Below, in pieces: positions 34,508 to 43,092 of a stretch of 52,028 bases of DNA. The DNA lies in contig DNPQ01000567.1 of assembly GCA_003501335.1 (NCBI GenBank), forward strand, positions 1 through 52,028, read 5' to 3'. This DNA is from Bacillota bacterium. GTDB lineage: Bacteria > Bacillota > UBA4882 > UBA8346. A program made the translations under genes and the position numbers. Position 1 is the stretch's first letter; each line of letters begins with the position of its first letter. The notes beneath the pieces were generated by a model. The model saw only the letters and a program-made list of their open reading frames with translations, was not told the origin of the DNA and did no database searches.

Positions 34508-34952
34508 TTTTAGCACGCTCCCGGGCGGCCTTATATTTATCAGCGTAATTGGTCGTATCTTCAATCTTCAATTTATCAGCAAACATTCCCAAGTGTTTTC
34601 CTAATAGTTCAAGGGAACGGTTAGCGCCCTTGGAATCAAACATGAATTCTCCGGTTCCAATGAGTTGCCGTTGTTCGTAGTCCCATTTTTCGATTTCTTC
34701 CGGAACTATGCAACGGGAATAAACCCTTTGGAGTTCTTTCAAAACCCATTCTTGGTTTAATCCGATTTTATCGATGACTTTCTTCTGCAATTCCTCTATA
34801 CGTGCGGAAACCTTGACATTTCTTAACAATCTACTTGCAATTTGTTCTGCTGTTTTCTCAGAATATCCAGCTCTTATTGCTGCTTGCTTACCGTTTAAAT
34901 CAATTATATATTCCTGGCAGAATCTTTCTTGTCTGTCATTTAGGTTAGCCAC
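34476..34952 (-). CDS. Terminase small subunit
   Basis: 158 aa. LNDRQERFCQEYIIDLNGKQAAIRAGYSEKTAEQIASRLLRNVKV is the classic Terminase_2 N-terminal HTH. It has a GTG start with SD ggggtga. Confidence 0.85.
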   Translation of the reverse strand: MANLNDRQERFCQEYIIDLNGKQAAIRAGYSEKTAEQIASRLLRNVKVSARIEELQKKVIDKIGLNQEWVLKELQRVYSRCIVPEEIEKWDYEQRQLIGTGEFMFDSKGANRSLELLGKHLGMFADKLKIEDTTNYADKYKAARERAKNARKQRGIDQ

Positions 34953-34958
34953 TTTATT

Positions 34959-35108
34959 TCACCCCAATCGAACGAACCCTTTTTTACTATCACAATCTAT
35001 CGTTATATAATCAATATCAATGCAATCATCACAAAAATCGTCTACAAGTTTTATTTCTAATTCTTGATCAAACTCTTTTAATTTCTCAATTAGCTCTTTA
35101 ACTTTCAT
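34959..35108 (-). CDS. Small acidic hypothetical protein (49 aa)
   Basis: ATG at 35108 with SD gaagga. Translation begins MKVKELIEKLKEFDQELEIKLVDDF…. The longer track ORF reaching 35231 has no SD. Confidence 0.4.
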   Translation of the reverse strand: MKVKELIEKLKEFDQELEIKLVDDFCDDCIDIDYITIDCDSKKGFVRLG

Positions 35109-35245
35109 TTTAAATTCCTTCTTCTGTATATCTCTCCGCTGTATATTAACCATAGGCCCTAAGCCTTTAGTCATACATGAGCTAGAGTATGAGGAAATGT
35201 AATTTCCGAGTTGGCATCGAAGGATCAACAATCACTAAATAACTT

Positions 35246-35324
35246 AAAAACCCCTGTTTATAATTAATCTTTAACTTGATTCAAGTGAGACACTAACCAA
35301 GCTGGATTAATATCAGGGGTTTTT
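35246..35324 (-). terminator. Long imperfect hairpin with flanking A/T runs between the regulator gene and the packaging module
   Basis: 11-bp perfect arms aaaaacccctg (35246-35256) and caggggttttt (35314-35324). Inner pairing involves aattaatc / gattaat and a small palindrome cttgattcaag. A T-run follows on the minus strand. Confidence 0.45.
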
Positions 35325-35408
35325 ACGTGAGTTCTAAGGCTTATCTCACACGCCTTCACAATGACATTTTATCACGGTTTTAATATCAAAAACGGCAACC
35401 TTTCGGAA

Positions 35409-35978
35409 TCATATAACAAATCCTAACCGTTTCGCTACTTCAAAGATTGTTTTGTACTTCCAATTGCGTGCAGTTCTTTCACAAATATGTAAATCTATTG
35501 CAATCGCTTCAAGTGTTTTTGATTGTTTGAAGTAATATTCCCGTATTAATCGGGCTCGTGAGTTATTGTCCGGGACCGTCGATTTATCCAAAATTTCCAT
35601 TACTTCTTCAATCGCATTTATTCGCCTAACTGATTCACGGTGTTCTGTATTGCTTAACAATGTCTGTCGGTATCTTCTTACTTGTTCGGCTTTATCGGCT
35701 GTCGGATCTCCTGAACTATGAATTGGTTTCCCAATAACCACCCCGGTATTGAATCCTCCTATAAATCTCATTTCCTTTGATTCCAAATAAATATTTTCTC
35801 GAATATCGGTAGCGGTCGGAGCAGCTATTTCTTCAATCTCTCGAATAGCCCTTTCGATGTCTTTTTTTACTGATTCATATGTAAATAAATCCCATTCAAT
35901 AACTTTTTGAGCTGCCCTTCGTTTTTCTTTAGGCCATGGATTTATCATCTTGCTTCCAGAAAGCGGCTTTTGTTTCAC
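35409..35978 (-). CDS. RinA/ArpU-like late-gene transcriptional activator (sigma-70 region-4-type HTH)
   Basis: 189 aa. The C-terminal LIREYYFKQSKTLEAIAIDLHICERTARNWKYKTIFEVAKRLGF is a region-4-like HTH. It lies just upstream of the packaging genes. Confidence 0.55.
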   Translation of the reverse strand: MKQKPLSGSKMINPWPKEKRRAAQKVIEWDLFTYESVKKDIERAIREIEEIAAPTATDIRENIYLESKEMRFIGGFNTGVVIGKPIHSSGDPTADKAEQVRRYRQTLLSNTEHRESVRRINAIEEVMEILDKSTVPDNNSRARLIREYYFKQSKTLEAIAIDLHICERTARNWKYKTIFEVAKRLGFVI

Positions 35979-36658
35979 TGTGAGCCTCCAAATATTTGAC
36001 TTGGATTCTTATAAACACCTGATTTACTTAAAGTATTTGATACTCGATGCCGTATTTTCCCGTTATAAATTGGCTTATCAATTCGTACTTTTCCTTTTGT
36101 GACCTCAACATCTCTTGGATTAAACAAAATCAATTTAACCCGGTGTTCCTGCTTCTCGGTGAGGAGAAAGTTCTTATTAAGAATCGATAACAGCTTAAAC
36201 CATTGTTCAGATAAATAGAGCCCTTTAAATTCATCCGGTTTAATTTGCAAGATATTCGCACAGATTGAGCGAAATTTTAAAACATATTTTGATTGGGGCT
36301 TGTCCATCAAAACTTCTAAAAGTAGTTCCCGGGTGCTCTTGATATCGTTGATTTCCCGTTTCTTCTTCTCGAAGTATCTATTGGAATCTTCCTGGCTTCC
36401 GATATCCTTAAACCTAATAAACCTTTTAATACAGCTACTTCCAATATTAGCAACCACACCGTTTTTAATATAGCAAATCAAATAATTATCGTTCAGGTGG
36501 GTTTGGCCACAAATAGTACATTCGTTTTCGATTTCTTCATCATCTTCTGTTTTAACAACATCTTGGAGCTCCCATCCATTACAGGCTAATTCAAAATCGG
36601 ACTCACCGGTGATTTCAAGTAATTTGCTTTTTGCTTTCGGACCTTTTCCATTACCCAT
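35975..36658 (-). CDS. Hypothetical early protein with a CxxC element
   Basis: 227 aa with SD gggaggg upstream. It contains CTICGQTH…GSSCIKRF. No family was recognised. Confidence 0.5.
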   Translation of the reverse strand: MGNGKGPKAKSKLLEITGESDFELACNGWELQDVVKTEDDEEIENECTICGQTHLNDNYLICYIKNGVVANIGSSCIKRFIRFKDIGSQEDSNRYFEKKKREINDIKSTRELLLEVLMDKPQSKYVLKFRSICANILQIKPDEFKGLYLSEQWFKLLSILNKNFLLTEKQEHRVKLILFNPRDVEVTKGKVRIDKPIYNGKIRHRVSNTLSKSGVYKNPSQIFGGSQ

Positions 36659-36703
36659 ATATTCATCCCTCCCAATCGCTCAATCGTTACCACCACACTG
36701 TTT

Positions 36704-38011
36704 TCAAATTTTTACTTTTGGTGGGCCATCAATTTTAAATGAAGATTTTCGCGGGTTCACTCGAAACTTAACATCAGAATTTGCTGGGCCGTATCTGTTT
36801 TTTGCAATGTTTCCAGTTATTAAGTCCGGGGCATCGCATTTTGCACGATAAAGAAATGTAATGGTACTCGCCGCCTGTTCAATGTCCCCACTTTCATTCA
36901 GATCGGAGAATATCGGCTTTGGGTCTTTCCGCTTATAAACATCTCGATTTAATTGACAAATAAGGATCAAAGGCAGTTGAAGTTCTCTCGTCATTTTTTT
37001 AAGCATCCGCAGTGATGTATCAACTTCCCGTTTCCGATTCCCATTCAGGTCTCTTTCTGGGTCGATTAACTGTAAATAATCAATCGCAATCGCCTTAATA
37101 TCGTATTTTTTCTTTAACTGTCTCGCTGTTATAAATATTTGAGATGCTTTGTTTTCTGTTGAATCATCAACAACAATTCTGGATTCACTTACTATTGGGG
37201 CAAATTTGTTGCTTAATTTGTCAATATCTCCATCTTTTAGGATATTAAGGTTTCTAAATGCCATGGAGTCGAGTTCGGCTTCTTGCGCCAACATTTTACC
37301 CTGTAATTGTGGCTTTCTTGACATTTCCAATGAAGCGAAATACACATAACCATATTTTTCAGCAATGTTATTTGCAATATTAAGAACGAACGTGGTCTTA
37401 TAGGTTCCAGGACTAGCTGCAATTACATTAATAGTGTCCGGGTCCAATCCCCCAAGGATAAAATCAAATTCGTCGTACCCTGTACGTAGTCCGGCTATAG
37501 CGTTATGAGTTTTCCTTTTTTCGTCGATGTCAGAAATAAAATCCAAAATCCCTTCCCCTAGCAGTTTTATATGGCTATTATTACTAGTTCTTTCAATCAT
37601 ATTGGAGTCTTCCAATACTCCTTGGGAAATAATATCTCTGGGGTCAATCCCTTCGGATAACATTTTTATCCGTTCCCTGTATCTAGTAATCCCTTGCCTT
37701 GCCCAACTCTGCCTCTTAACTACCTGAGCGTACTCAACGATTTTTTCAGGAGCGGGGAATCCACTGGTTAATGATCCAAGATAGTGGTAATCAATTGCTT
37801 TATTTTTAATAATGTTCATTACTTCATTGATTGATATTGGTTTATTATCCAATGATAATTTGTCAAATGATTCCCAGATATCTTGAAATTGATGTTCATA
37901 AAAATCTTCCTTAGAAAGCATCTTTTGGACTCTTTCAAAATACTCTTCTCCGTGAGTTAGAATGATATTTAATAAATCAACAGACGGTTGTTGGTCGTTA
38001 ATGCTGATCAT
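36704..38011 (-). CDS. Replicative DNA helicase (DnaB family)
   Basis: 435 aa. It has a Walker A-like SPGTYKTTF, the motif AIAIDYLQLI, and ICQLNRDV (compare DnaB SQLNR). Confidence 0.8.
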   Translation of the reverse strand: MISINDQQPSVDLLNIILTHGEEYFERVQKMLSKEDFYEHQFQDIWESFDKLSLDNKPISINEVMNIIKNKAIDYHYLGSLTSGFPAPEKIVEYAQVVKRQSWARQGITRYRERIKMLSEGIDPRDIISQGVLEDSNMIERTSNNSHIKLLGEGILDFISDIDEKRKTHNAIAGLRTGYDEFDFILGGLDPDTINVIAASPGTYKTTFVLNIANNIAEKYGYVYFASLEMSRKPQLQGKMLAQEAELDSMAFRNLNILKDGDIDKLSNKFAPIVSESRIVVDDSTENKASQIFITARQLKKKYDIKAIAIDYLQLIDPERDLNGNRKREVDTSLRMLKKMTRELQLPLILICQLNRDVYKRKDPKPIFSDLNESGDIEQAASTITFLYRAKCDAPDLITGNIAKNRYGPANSDVKFRVNPRKSSFKIDGPPKVKI

Positions 38012-38903
38012 TTAGGTCATCGCCCCTCTTGTTCAGCCCAGCATATTGCCAGTATTCTTCCGCATTCTTCAATCGTTGCTGTGCATCGATATCAATATCA
38101 TCATTTGATATAGTAACTGGTTTGTTTTCAGGCGCTTGGTTATCGCTTACAGATAAATAATCCAAAAATGGTTTATCAGGTCCTAAGAATGTTGGTCCAT
38201 GCTTAATAAATTTAGGATTATTGTCTTTTTGTTCAATGGCGTAATTTTTAGCGGCTAAAATCATTTGTTCTGCTTTATATCCTTCTTTTAACCGGGTTTT
38301 CCAACATCTAAAGGCTCCATCCTTACCTTTTTTATTTGGATACTCTTTCCAAAAATTTTCAAATTCTGCTGTATATATATTTCTTTCTTTATTTCTTTTA
38401 CTTATTAAATCTGGTCTCGTTTCTGGTACCGTTTCTGGTCTCGTCTCTGGTATCGCTGATGTCTGATTCTCCAATTCTGACAATTCTTTTTCTGGTCTCG
38501 TCTCTAGTATTATTTCTGGTACCGTTTCTGGTCTCGCGTTGGTCTCGTTGCTGGTATCGCCACCTTGATAAAAATCATAATTAACAATGGTTATTCTGGT
38601 CTCGCTTCTGGTGCAAGCAGTTATTTTAATCATGTTTTCGCTTTCAAGTAATTTTAAAAAGCGTCGTATTCTTTCCCGGCTCCATTTCCAATCATCAGCT
38701 AATTTACGTTCAAAGCATATGAACTCGCCACGTTTAACTAAAATAAGCCTTCCCTTAACTTGAACCTTGGTATCCATATACTCCGCCCTAAAAAGCATAT
38801 CTTCCCAGGCTTCGAGGCGCGTATAAGCACGCCCCTTCGGCCAAAGAAAATTATGTTTTATCCGGCGATATAGTTTCATATAACCACCCGTCGGATAATC
38901 CAT
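37998..38903 (-). CDS. Replication initiator / replisome organiser (wHTH N-domain, DnaD-like C-domain)
   Basis: 301 aa. The N-terminal part reads YMKLYRRIKHNFLW…AWEDMLFRAEY…KRGEF. The central part has ETRPETVPE repeats. The C-terminal part reads FENFWKEYPNKKGKDGAFRCWKTRL. It lies directly upstream of dnaB. Confidence 0.65.
   Translation of the reverse strand: MDYPTGGYMKLYRRIKHNFLWPKGRAYTRLEAWEDMLFRAEYMDTKVQVKGRLILVKRGEFICFERKLADDWKWSRERIRRFLKLLESENMIKITACTRSETRITIVNYDFYQGGDTSNETNARPETVPEIILETRPEKELSELENQTSAIPETRPETVPETRPDLISKRNKERNIYTAEFENFWKEYPNKKGKDGAFRCWKTRLKEGYKAEQMILAAKNYAIEQKDNNPKFIKHGPTFLGPDKPFLDYLSVSDNQAPENKPVTISNDDIDIDAQQRLKNAEEYWQYAGLNKRGDDLNDQH
38410..38604. repeat. Iteron cluster (candidate phage replication origin) inside the initiator gene
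   Basis: TCTGGTCTCG occurs at 38410, 38434, 38491, 38527 and 38595, with a variant TTGGTCTCG at 38539. Related copies are TTCTGGTACCG at 38421 and 38514 and CTGGTATCG at 38447 and 38551. An AT-rich tract lies at 38341-38409. Confidence 0.55.
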
Positions 38904-39314
38904 TTAATTACCACTCTCCAACGCAGTGGTTGCCCGTACAAAATAAGTCAATTTGTTTGCACGAATTAAATATTTCATATCTTCTGGGCTATCAATAGTA
39001 GCCCCGACGCGATTAGCATATTCCACAGACATTAGTTCCACTGCTTTCTCCCAAATTTGTTCATTTGACGGAACCATTCTTAAAGCCCGTTCCACCATCG
39101 CCTGTGACTTTTCGCCGTGCTTTTCACCGGACAGTACCATTGAATTTAATAGCCCAATAGTCTCTTTATAAATTTTTCTTTCTTTTTTGTGTCGACTGAT
39201 TACGTCCTTAAGTTCCATATACCAAATGTTACTTTCGAGAGAATGGCCGTTTTTATCCTTAAAATCACCAACGGCTATGCGTTCGGTTATTTTGCTGATA
39301 TCCTCATATTCCAT
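38904..39314 (-). CDS. Hypothetical early protein
   Basis: 136-aa ORF that abuts the initiator gene start. Confidence 0.5.
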   Translation of the reverse strand: MEYEDISKITERIAVGDFKDKNGHSLESNIWYMELKDVISRHKKERKIYKETIGLLNSMVLSGEKHGEKSQAMVERALRMVPSNEQIWEKAVELMSVEYANRVGATIDSPEDMKYLIRANKLTYFVRATTALESGN

Positions 39315-39343
39315 TGTAATTACCTCAAATTTTTTAACCTAAC

Positions 39344-39814
39344 TCAAATTGATTTTAGTCCACAATTATCCTTCAATTTCCACTTTTCCTTAAAGTACTT
39401 AACCAGTCCCTTGACGCAAAGCTCATCCTTATAAGAGCAGCGAGTTTTGACATCACGAAGTGGACAATCGGCGCATCTTATAAACTCGGTAGCCAACTCC
39501 AAAGCTTTCTCATAATCAACGCCGGACAATAACGGTTTATAATAGCTTTGGGTCGAATGGTGGATAAACATCGTATCGTTATGTACCCGCCAAGAAATAT
39601 CGCCCGGACTATCCGGTTCAAACTCGCCATATGTAAGCCTAACCAATGCCCTAGCGCCGTATCGTTGTTTGGCCTCATATTTTACGGTGTCCTTGAACCA
39701 TTTTTCGGTCTTTCGTTTCAATAAAGCCCTATTAAGAATGGTTGATGATAAATCGGCAATACTGTTCTGCTTTTCTTCAGTTAAATCAGTCAAACCGATC
39801 CCCTCGCAATGCAC
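39344..39814 (-). CDS. Hypothetical early protein (Cys-containing C-terminus)
   Basis: 156-aa ORF containing …CADCPLRDVKTRCSYKDELC…. Confidence 0.5.
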   Translation of the reverse strand: MHCEGIGLTDLTEEKQNSIADLSSTILNRALLKRKTEKWFKDTVKYEAKQRYGARALVRLTYGEFEPDSPGDISWRVHNDTMFIHHSTQSYYKPLLSGVDYEKALELATEFIRCADCPLRDVKTRCSYKDELCVKGLVKYFKEKWKLKDNCGLKSI

Positions 39815-40047
39815 GTTACTTCAGAATCATTACCGGCATGCTTCTGTAATTTATCAACAACTTCTTCATAGCTCAATTCTGGGGCCACCATAAGTACTGC
39901 GATTGAATCTTTTTTAACCTCACAAAATACTGAAGTGATCTTTTCGGGCATTTCAGGACAACGGCAAACTTCAAAATCCTGATACTGTTCTTTAAATTTT
40001 TCCGGCATATGTTCCGGCTTGATTGCAATTTGTTCCGTAGTCATCAT
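39790..40047 (-). CDS. Hypothetical early protein
   Basis: 85-aa ORF that overlaps its neighbours in operon fashion. Confidence 0.45.
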   Translation of the reverse strand: MMTTEQIAIKPEHMPEKFKEQYQDFEVCRCPEMPEKITSVFCEVKKDSIAVLMVAPELSYEEVVDKLQKHAGNDSEVTCIARGSV

Positions 40048-40334
40048 TCAAGCCCCCTTTCCATAAGTGCTTTCAATTCCAATCCATCTTTCAATCCTTG
40101 CAGGTAATAAAATTCCTGAACCCGGCATACCAAAGACCATATCTCGTTATCTAATTCCCTTACTATTGGTTGAGCATCCGGGGAAAGTTTATAAATCAAT
40201 TCATATTTTTCATCAATTTTCTTGCGTTGCCCGATATATTGTGGATTTTCTTTAATTTTGGTTTCCACTTCTTCCAAGCGGTCTAAAAATTTATCTTGCA
40301 TGCTGCGGATCTCGCCGTTGAATTGAATACTCAT
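40044..40334 (-). CDS. Hypothetical early protein
   Basis: 96-aa helical ORF with SD ggaggt upstream. Confidence 0.5.
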   Translation of the reverse strand: MSIQFNGEIRSMQDKFLDRLEEVETKIKENPQYIGQRKKIDEKYELIYKLSPDAQPIVRELDNEIWSLVCRVQEFYYLQGLKDGLELKALMERGLE

Positions 40335-40376
40335 TTTTTAATACCTCCATTTTCTAAAATATGGTATAATGATTTT

Positions 40377-40425
40377 GGAAAATTTTTTTCGTGTGCGCCC
40401 CGGCTGGTTACCGGAGCGTTTTTTC
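40377..40425 (+). ncRNA. Candidate short antisense RNA (oop-like), speculative
   Basis: On the plus strand there is an extended -10 TGGTATAAT (40362-40370). About 25 nt downstream is a hairpin cgccccgg / ccggagcg (40396-40418) followed by a tttttt run. No plus-strand ORF is present. Confidence 0.2.
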
Positions 40426-40710
40426 TTATTCAGAATAAATTATAAGTTCGTCATAGCTCGAATCGCCGGTGATAATGATAATCGATTCATCTATATATTT
40501 GGCATATTTGGCTTCCAGTATCGCTCCACCACCATCAACAAAAATAAAGGTTACTGAAAATTTATTTTCCTCACAGTCGATCCTGGATTTTTCAACCTTT
40601 GGAAGCCTGATTTCATTTGCTGTAACGGTTTTAGCTCTTTCGAGCATCATCTTCAAATAATCATTGGCCTGATCGAGCTTGTCCTCTTCGACAACAAACA
40701 CATTAATCAA
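40426..40710 (-). CDS. Hypothetical early protein
   Basis: 94-aa ORF. Confidence 0.45.
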   Translation of the reverse strand: MINVFVVEEDKLDQANDYLKMMLERAKTVTANEIRLPKVEKSRIDCEENKFSVTFIFVDGGGAILEAKYAKYIDESIIIITGDSSYDELIIYSE

Positions 40711-40720
40711 CCTCCTTTCG

Positions 40721-41350
40721 TTAAATTAACTTCAAATATCGCGGTATTTTCTTTTTAAATCCTATTGATTTGCCAGTTTGGTTATTAACTATAAATTCCT
40801 TGCCGGACAGCTCGGTATATTTGGTGAACGTGGTTATCCCGTTTTTTGTGGCAAATTCTTCCATTATACCGGGTTCGCCATATACCTGTTGAATATCGCT
40901 GAGAATTCCAATCTCTTGAGCAACAAATAATCTGGTTTGAATATTCATATAGTCCCAAAGCAAATCGTCGATCTTGTCGCCAATGGGCTTGTCCATCTCA
41001 AATTTTTGAAGCATTTCCATAGATGAAAAATAATCTTTGCTTTGGTAGCGTTCGCCGTCATATCGCTTGTCCAATGGAAAAACGTTCAAAAGTTCGGCTG
41101 GAGTTAGCCAAGATATTTGCTCTTTAATCTTTTCGATAATTTCAAGCACTACGGATAATTCATCCAGGCTTTCATTTCCGGTTCTTTTCATGGTATTGAT
41201 ATACCTAACACCATAAAAAATAAGCGATTTGACGGCTTGATTATCTGGGTTGTTAATACACATACGGTATTTACGAATATAAGCATCATGATATAATTGA
41301 TAATAATCTGGTTTTTTTGTGGGCGCGCCGCTTAATAAACGCAATATCAT
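40721..41350 (-). CDS. Hypothetical early protein
   Basis: 209-aa ORF with a 4-nt overlap with the upstream gene. Confidence 0.5.
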   Translation of the reverse strand: MILRLLSGAPTKKPDYYQLYHDAYIRKYRMCINNPDNQAVKSLIFYGVRYINTMKRTGNESLDELSVVLEIIEKIKEQISWLTPAELLNVFPLDKRYDGERYQSKDYFSSMEMLQKFEMDKPIGDKIDDLLWDYMNIQTRLFVAQEIGILSDIQQVYGEPGIMEEFATKNGITTFTKYTELSGKEFIVNNQTGKSIGFKKKIPRYLKLI

Positions 41351-41745
41351 TTCATTTCCTTTCGGCGAAAATGAGCAAAGTTTTTAAACAACCGGTATTT
41401 TATATTCTGAATCAAATTTGTAATTTTGTTCAATTCATCGATATATGGGATAGGATTCGAGATAATATCCCATATTTGCGAAGTACCGATGCTATCAATG
41501 AATGAATTCCAGGCTCTCTCTTCTTCATCGAATCCATCAGCATTTTCAAATAAATTTACAAGCTCATCAGAAGTGTATTCCGTCAGATTGTATTTTTCGG
41601 CGTTCTCGTTAGTCAACAAATAGGCGGCGTAAATAGCTAATATATATAAGATTTCCGCCTCTTTTTCATGACCGCTAACATGTTGGATAAAACAATCGAT
41701 CTGATCACTTTTTGGTAAATCCTCAAATTTGGTTGCATCTTTCAT
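41347..41745 (-). CDS. Hypothetical acidic early protein
   Basis: 132-aa ORF. Confidence 0.5.
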   Translation of the reverse strand: MKDATKFEDLPKSDQIDCFIQHVSGHEKEAEILYILAIYAAYLLTNENAEKYNLTEYTSDELVNLFENADGFDEEERAWNSFIDSIGTSQIWDIISNPIPYIDELNKITNLIQNIKYRLFKNFAHFRRKEMK

Positions 41746-41767
41746 TCATGCCATCTCCTTTTTATTT

Positions 41768-42568
41768 TTAAATAAGCGTTTCATATGCTTGCCGTATTGC
41801 AATGAATTGTTTCGGATCACCTCCCGCATCCGGATGAAATTTCTTTACCAGTCGCCGAAATGCTGATTTAATTTCTGATTTACTAGCCCCTACTGGTAAT
41901 TCTAGGGTTCTATATGCGGATTCAGTATTTTGCTGTGGAACCGTGTACGTATAATGATAGGTACGCCGCCATTCATCAAATTGCCGTTCTTTTTCCTGTC
42001 GCATTTTTTCGCGTTCAATATCGACCTTCTTCTTTACGATTTCTGCCAACCGAATAGTTTCGTTTAACCACCCTATTCGCTCACCTTCTGGTATGTTTAA
42101 CCATTCAATCACAAGGCCTATTTTAGAAAAATTTATTTTCCCTATTCGCTCAAATAATCGTTCCTCTTCTGAACAATCCAACAAGGGCCATGGCGCTTCA
42201 CATACAATTTGCTTAAGATATTCAATCTTTTGGCGCTCATCAGAGGGAATCTTCAGGTATTCATCCCGCAGTCGCCTTTGCCGCTCGGCTTCCCTCTTGC
42301 GCTGTTCGTTATACCAATCGTTGATAGTTTGAAGATGTCGAACCAATTCATCAACTAGCACGAATTCTACTGTTGAAGGAATATCCTTAGCAGTTATCTT
42401 TTTGACCTTACGATTTTTAACATACTCGGCCAACCGTTCAGCATCTTTTAACCAGAAGGATGGTTTATATTCTTCCAACCATTTAGTAAATTCCTTAACT
42501 GGTTTAATGGAACGAGGAAGGGATCTTAATATGTATTGCCAACTATCAGATTTTGGTTTTCTCGTCAT
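41768..42568 (-). CDS. J-domain (DnaJ-like) protein
   Basis: 266 aa. The C-terminal AYRTLELPVGASKSEIKSAFRRLVKKFHPDAGGDPKQFIAIRQAYETLI carries helices I-III and the HPD tripeptide. The N-terminal ~210 aa is a charged helical region of unknown function. Confidence 0.7.
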   Translation of the reverse strand: MTRKPKSDSWQYILRSLPRSIKPVKEFTKWLEEYKPSFWLKDAERLAEYVKNRKVKKITAKDIPSTVEFVLVDELVRHLQTINDWYNEQRKREAERQRRLRDEYLKIPSDERQKIEYLKQIVCEAPWPLLDCSEEERLFERIGKINFSKIGLVIEWLNIPEGERIGWLNETIRLAEIVKKKVDIEREKMRQEKERQFDEWRRTYHYTYTVPQQNTESAYRTLELPVGASKSEIKSAFRRLVKKFHPDAGGDPKQFIAIRQAYETLI

Positions 42569-42573
42569 AGCCT

Positions 42574-42780
42574 TTACCCTTCGTTTGGTTTTCCGGACCG
42601 GAGATAATTAATTGCATCATCCCGGTATATCCGCCACCTAGTCCCAAATTTTTTACCAGGTACTTTACCGGATTCTAGAAGCTCCAATGCTTTGATAGTA
42701 CCGATCCGCAAAAATTTTTTAAGTTCAGGAAGTGACATTACTTCCCGGGTAAGTTGCTTTTCACGTGGCATTTCGAACAA
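42574..42780 (-). CDS. Excisionase-family HTH protein (candidate Xis)
   Basis: 68 aa. MSLPELKKFLRIGTIKALELLESGKVPGKKFGTRWRIYRDD fits the HTH_17/excisionase pattern. It is the second gene of the leftward early operon. Confidence 0.55.
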   Translation of the reverse strand: MFEMPREKQLTREVMSLPELKKFLRIGTIKALELLESGKVPGKKFGTRWRIYRDDAINYLRSGKPNEG

Positions 42781-42785
42781 CTCCT

Positions 42786-43067
42786 TTAAAATTGTTCATT
42801 TTTTCGATTCCTTTTCTCGTTACAGTTTTGTAATTCATCATGCAAAAAAAATAGCCCTTCAAACGGTCCTAACACGTTGATTAGTTTATCACGAGAAACT
42901 TGTCCCAACTCAACGCGCCTTGGATCGTTAATAGGCAAACATGCTTTCCAAAGCGACGGTCTTGATATTCCTGTCATCTTTGAAGTTTTACTTAAATTCC
43001 ATCCCTTTTTCCTTCTACGACTGGTAAATTCTTCGATATTTAAAACAAATTCCGATTGTTTTCCCAT
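42786..43067 (-). CDS. Cro-like / early HTH regulator
   Basis: The start is taken at MGKQ (ATG at 43067) with SD aggaaggag 8 nt upstream. It contains the HTH-like LSKTSKMTGISRPSLWK. It is divergent from the repressor gene. Confidence 0.5.
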   Translation of the reverse strand: MGKQSEFVLNIEEFTSRRRKKGWNLSKTSKMTGISRPSLWKACLPINDPRRVELGQVSRDKLINVLGPFEGLFFLHDELQNCNEKRNRKNEQF

Positions 43068-43092
43068 AAAGTTTTTCTCCTTCCTCATAACT

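Noticed and set aside
38410-38604. Could the short direct repeats be a CRISPR array or a VNTR?
   Set aside because: The repeats are only ~10 bp, are irregularly spaced with no unique spacers of constant size, and lie in-frame within a coding gene next to dnaB. An iteron/origin interpretation fits better.
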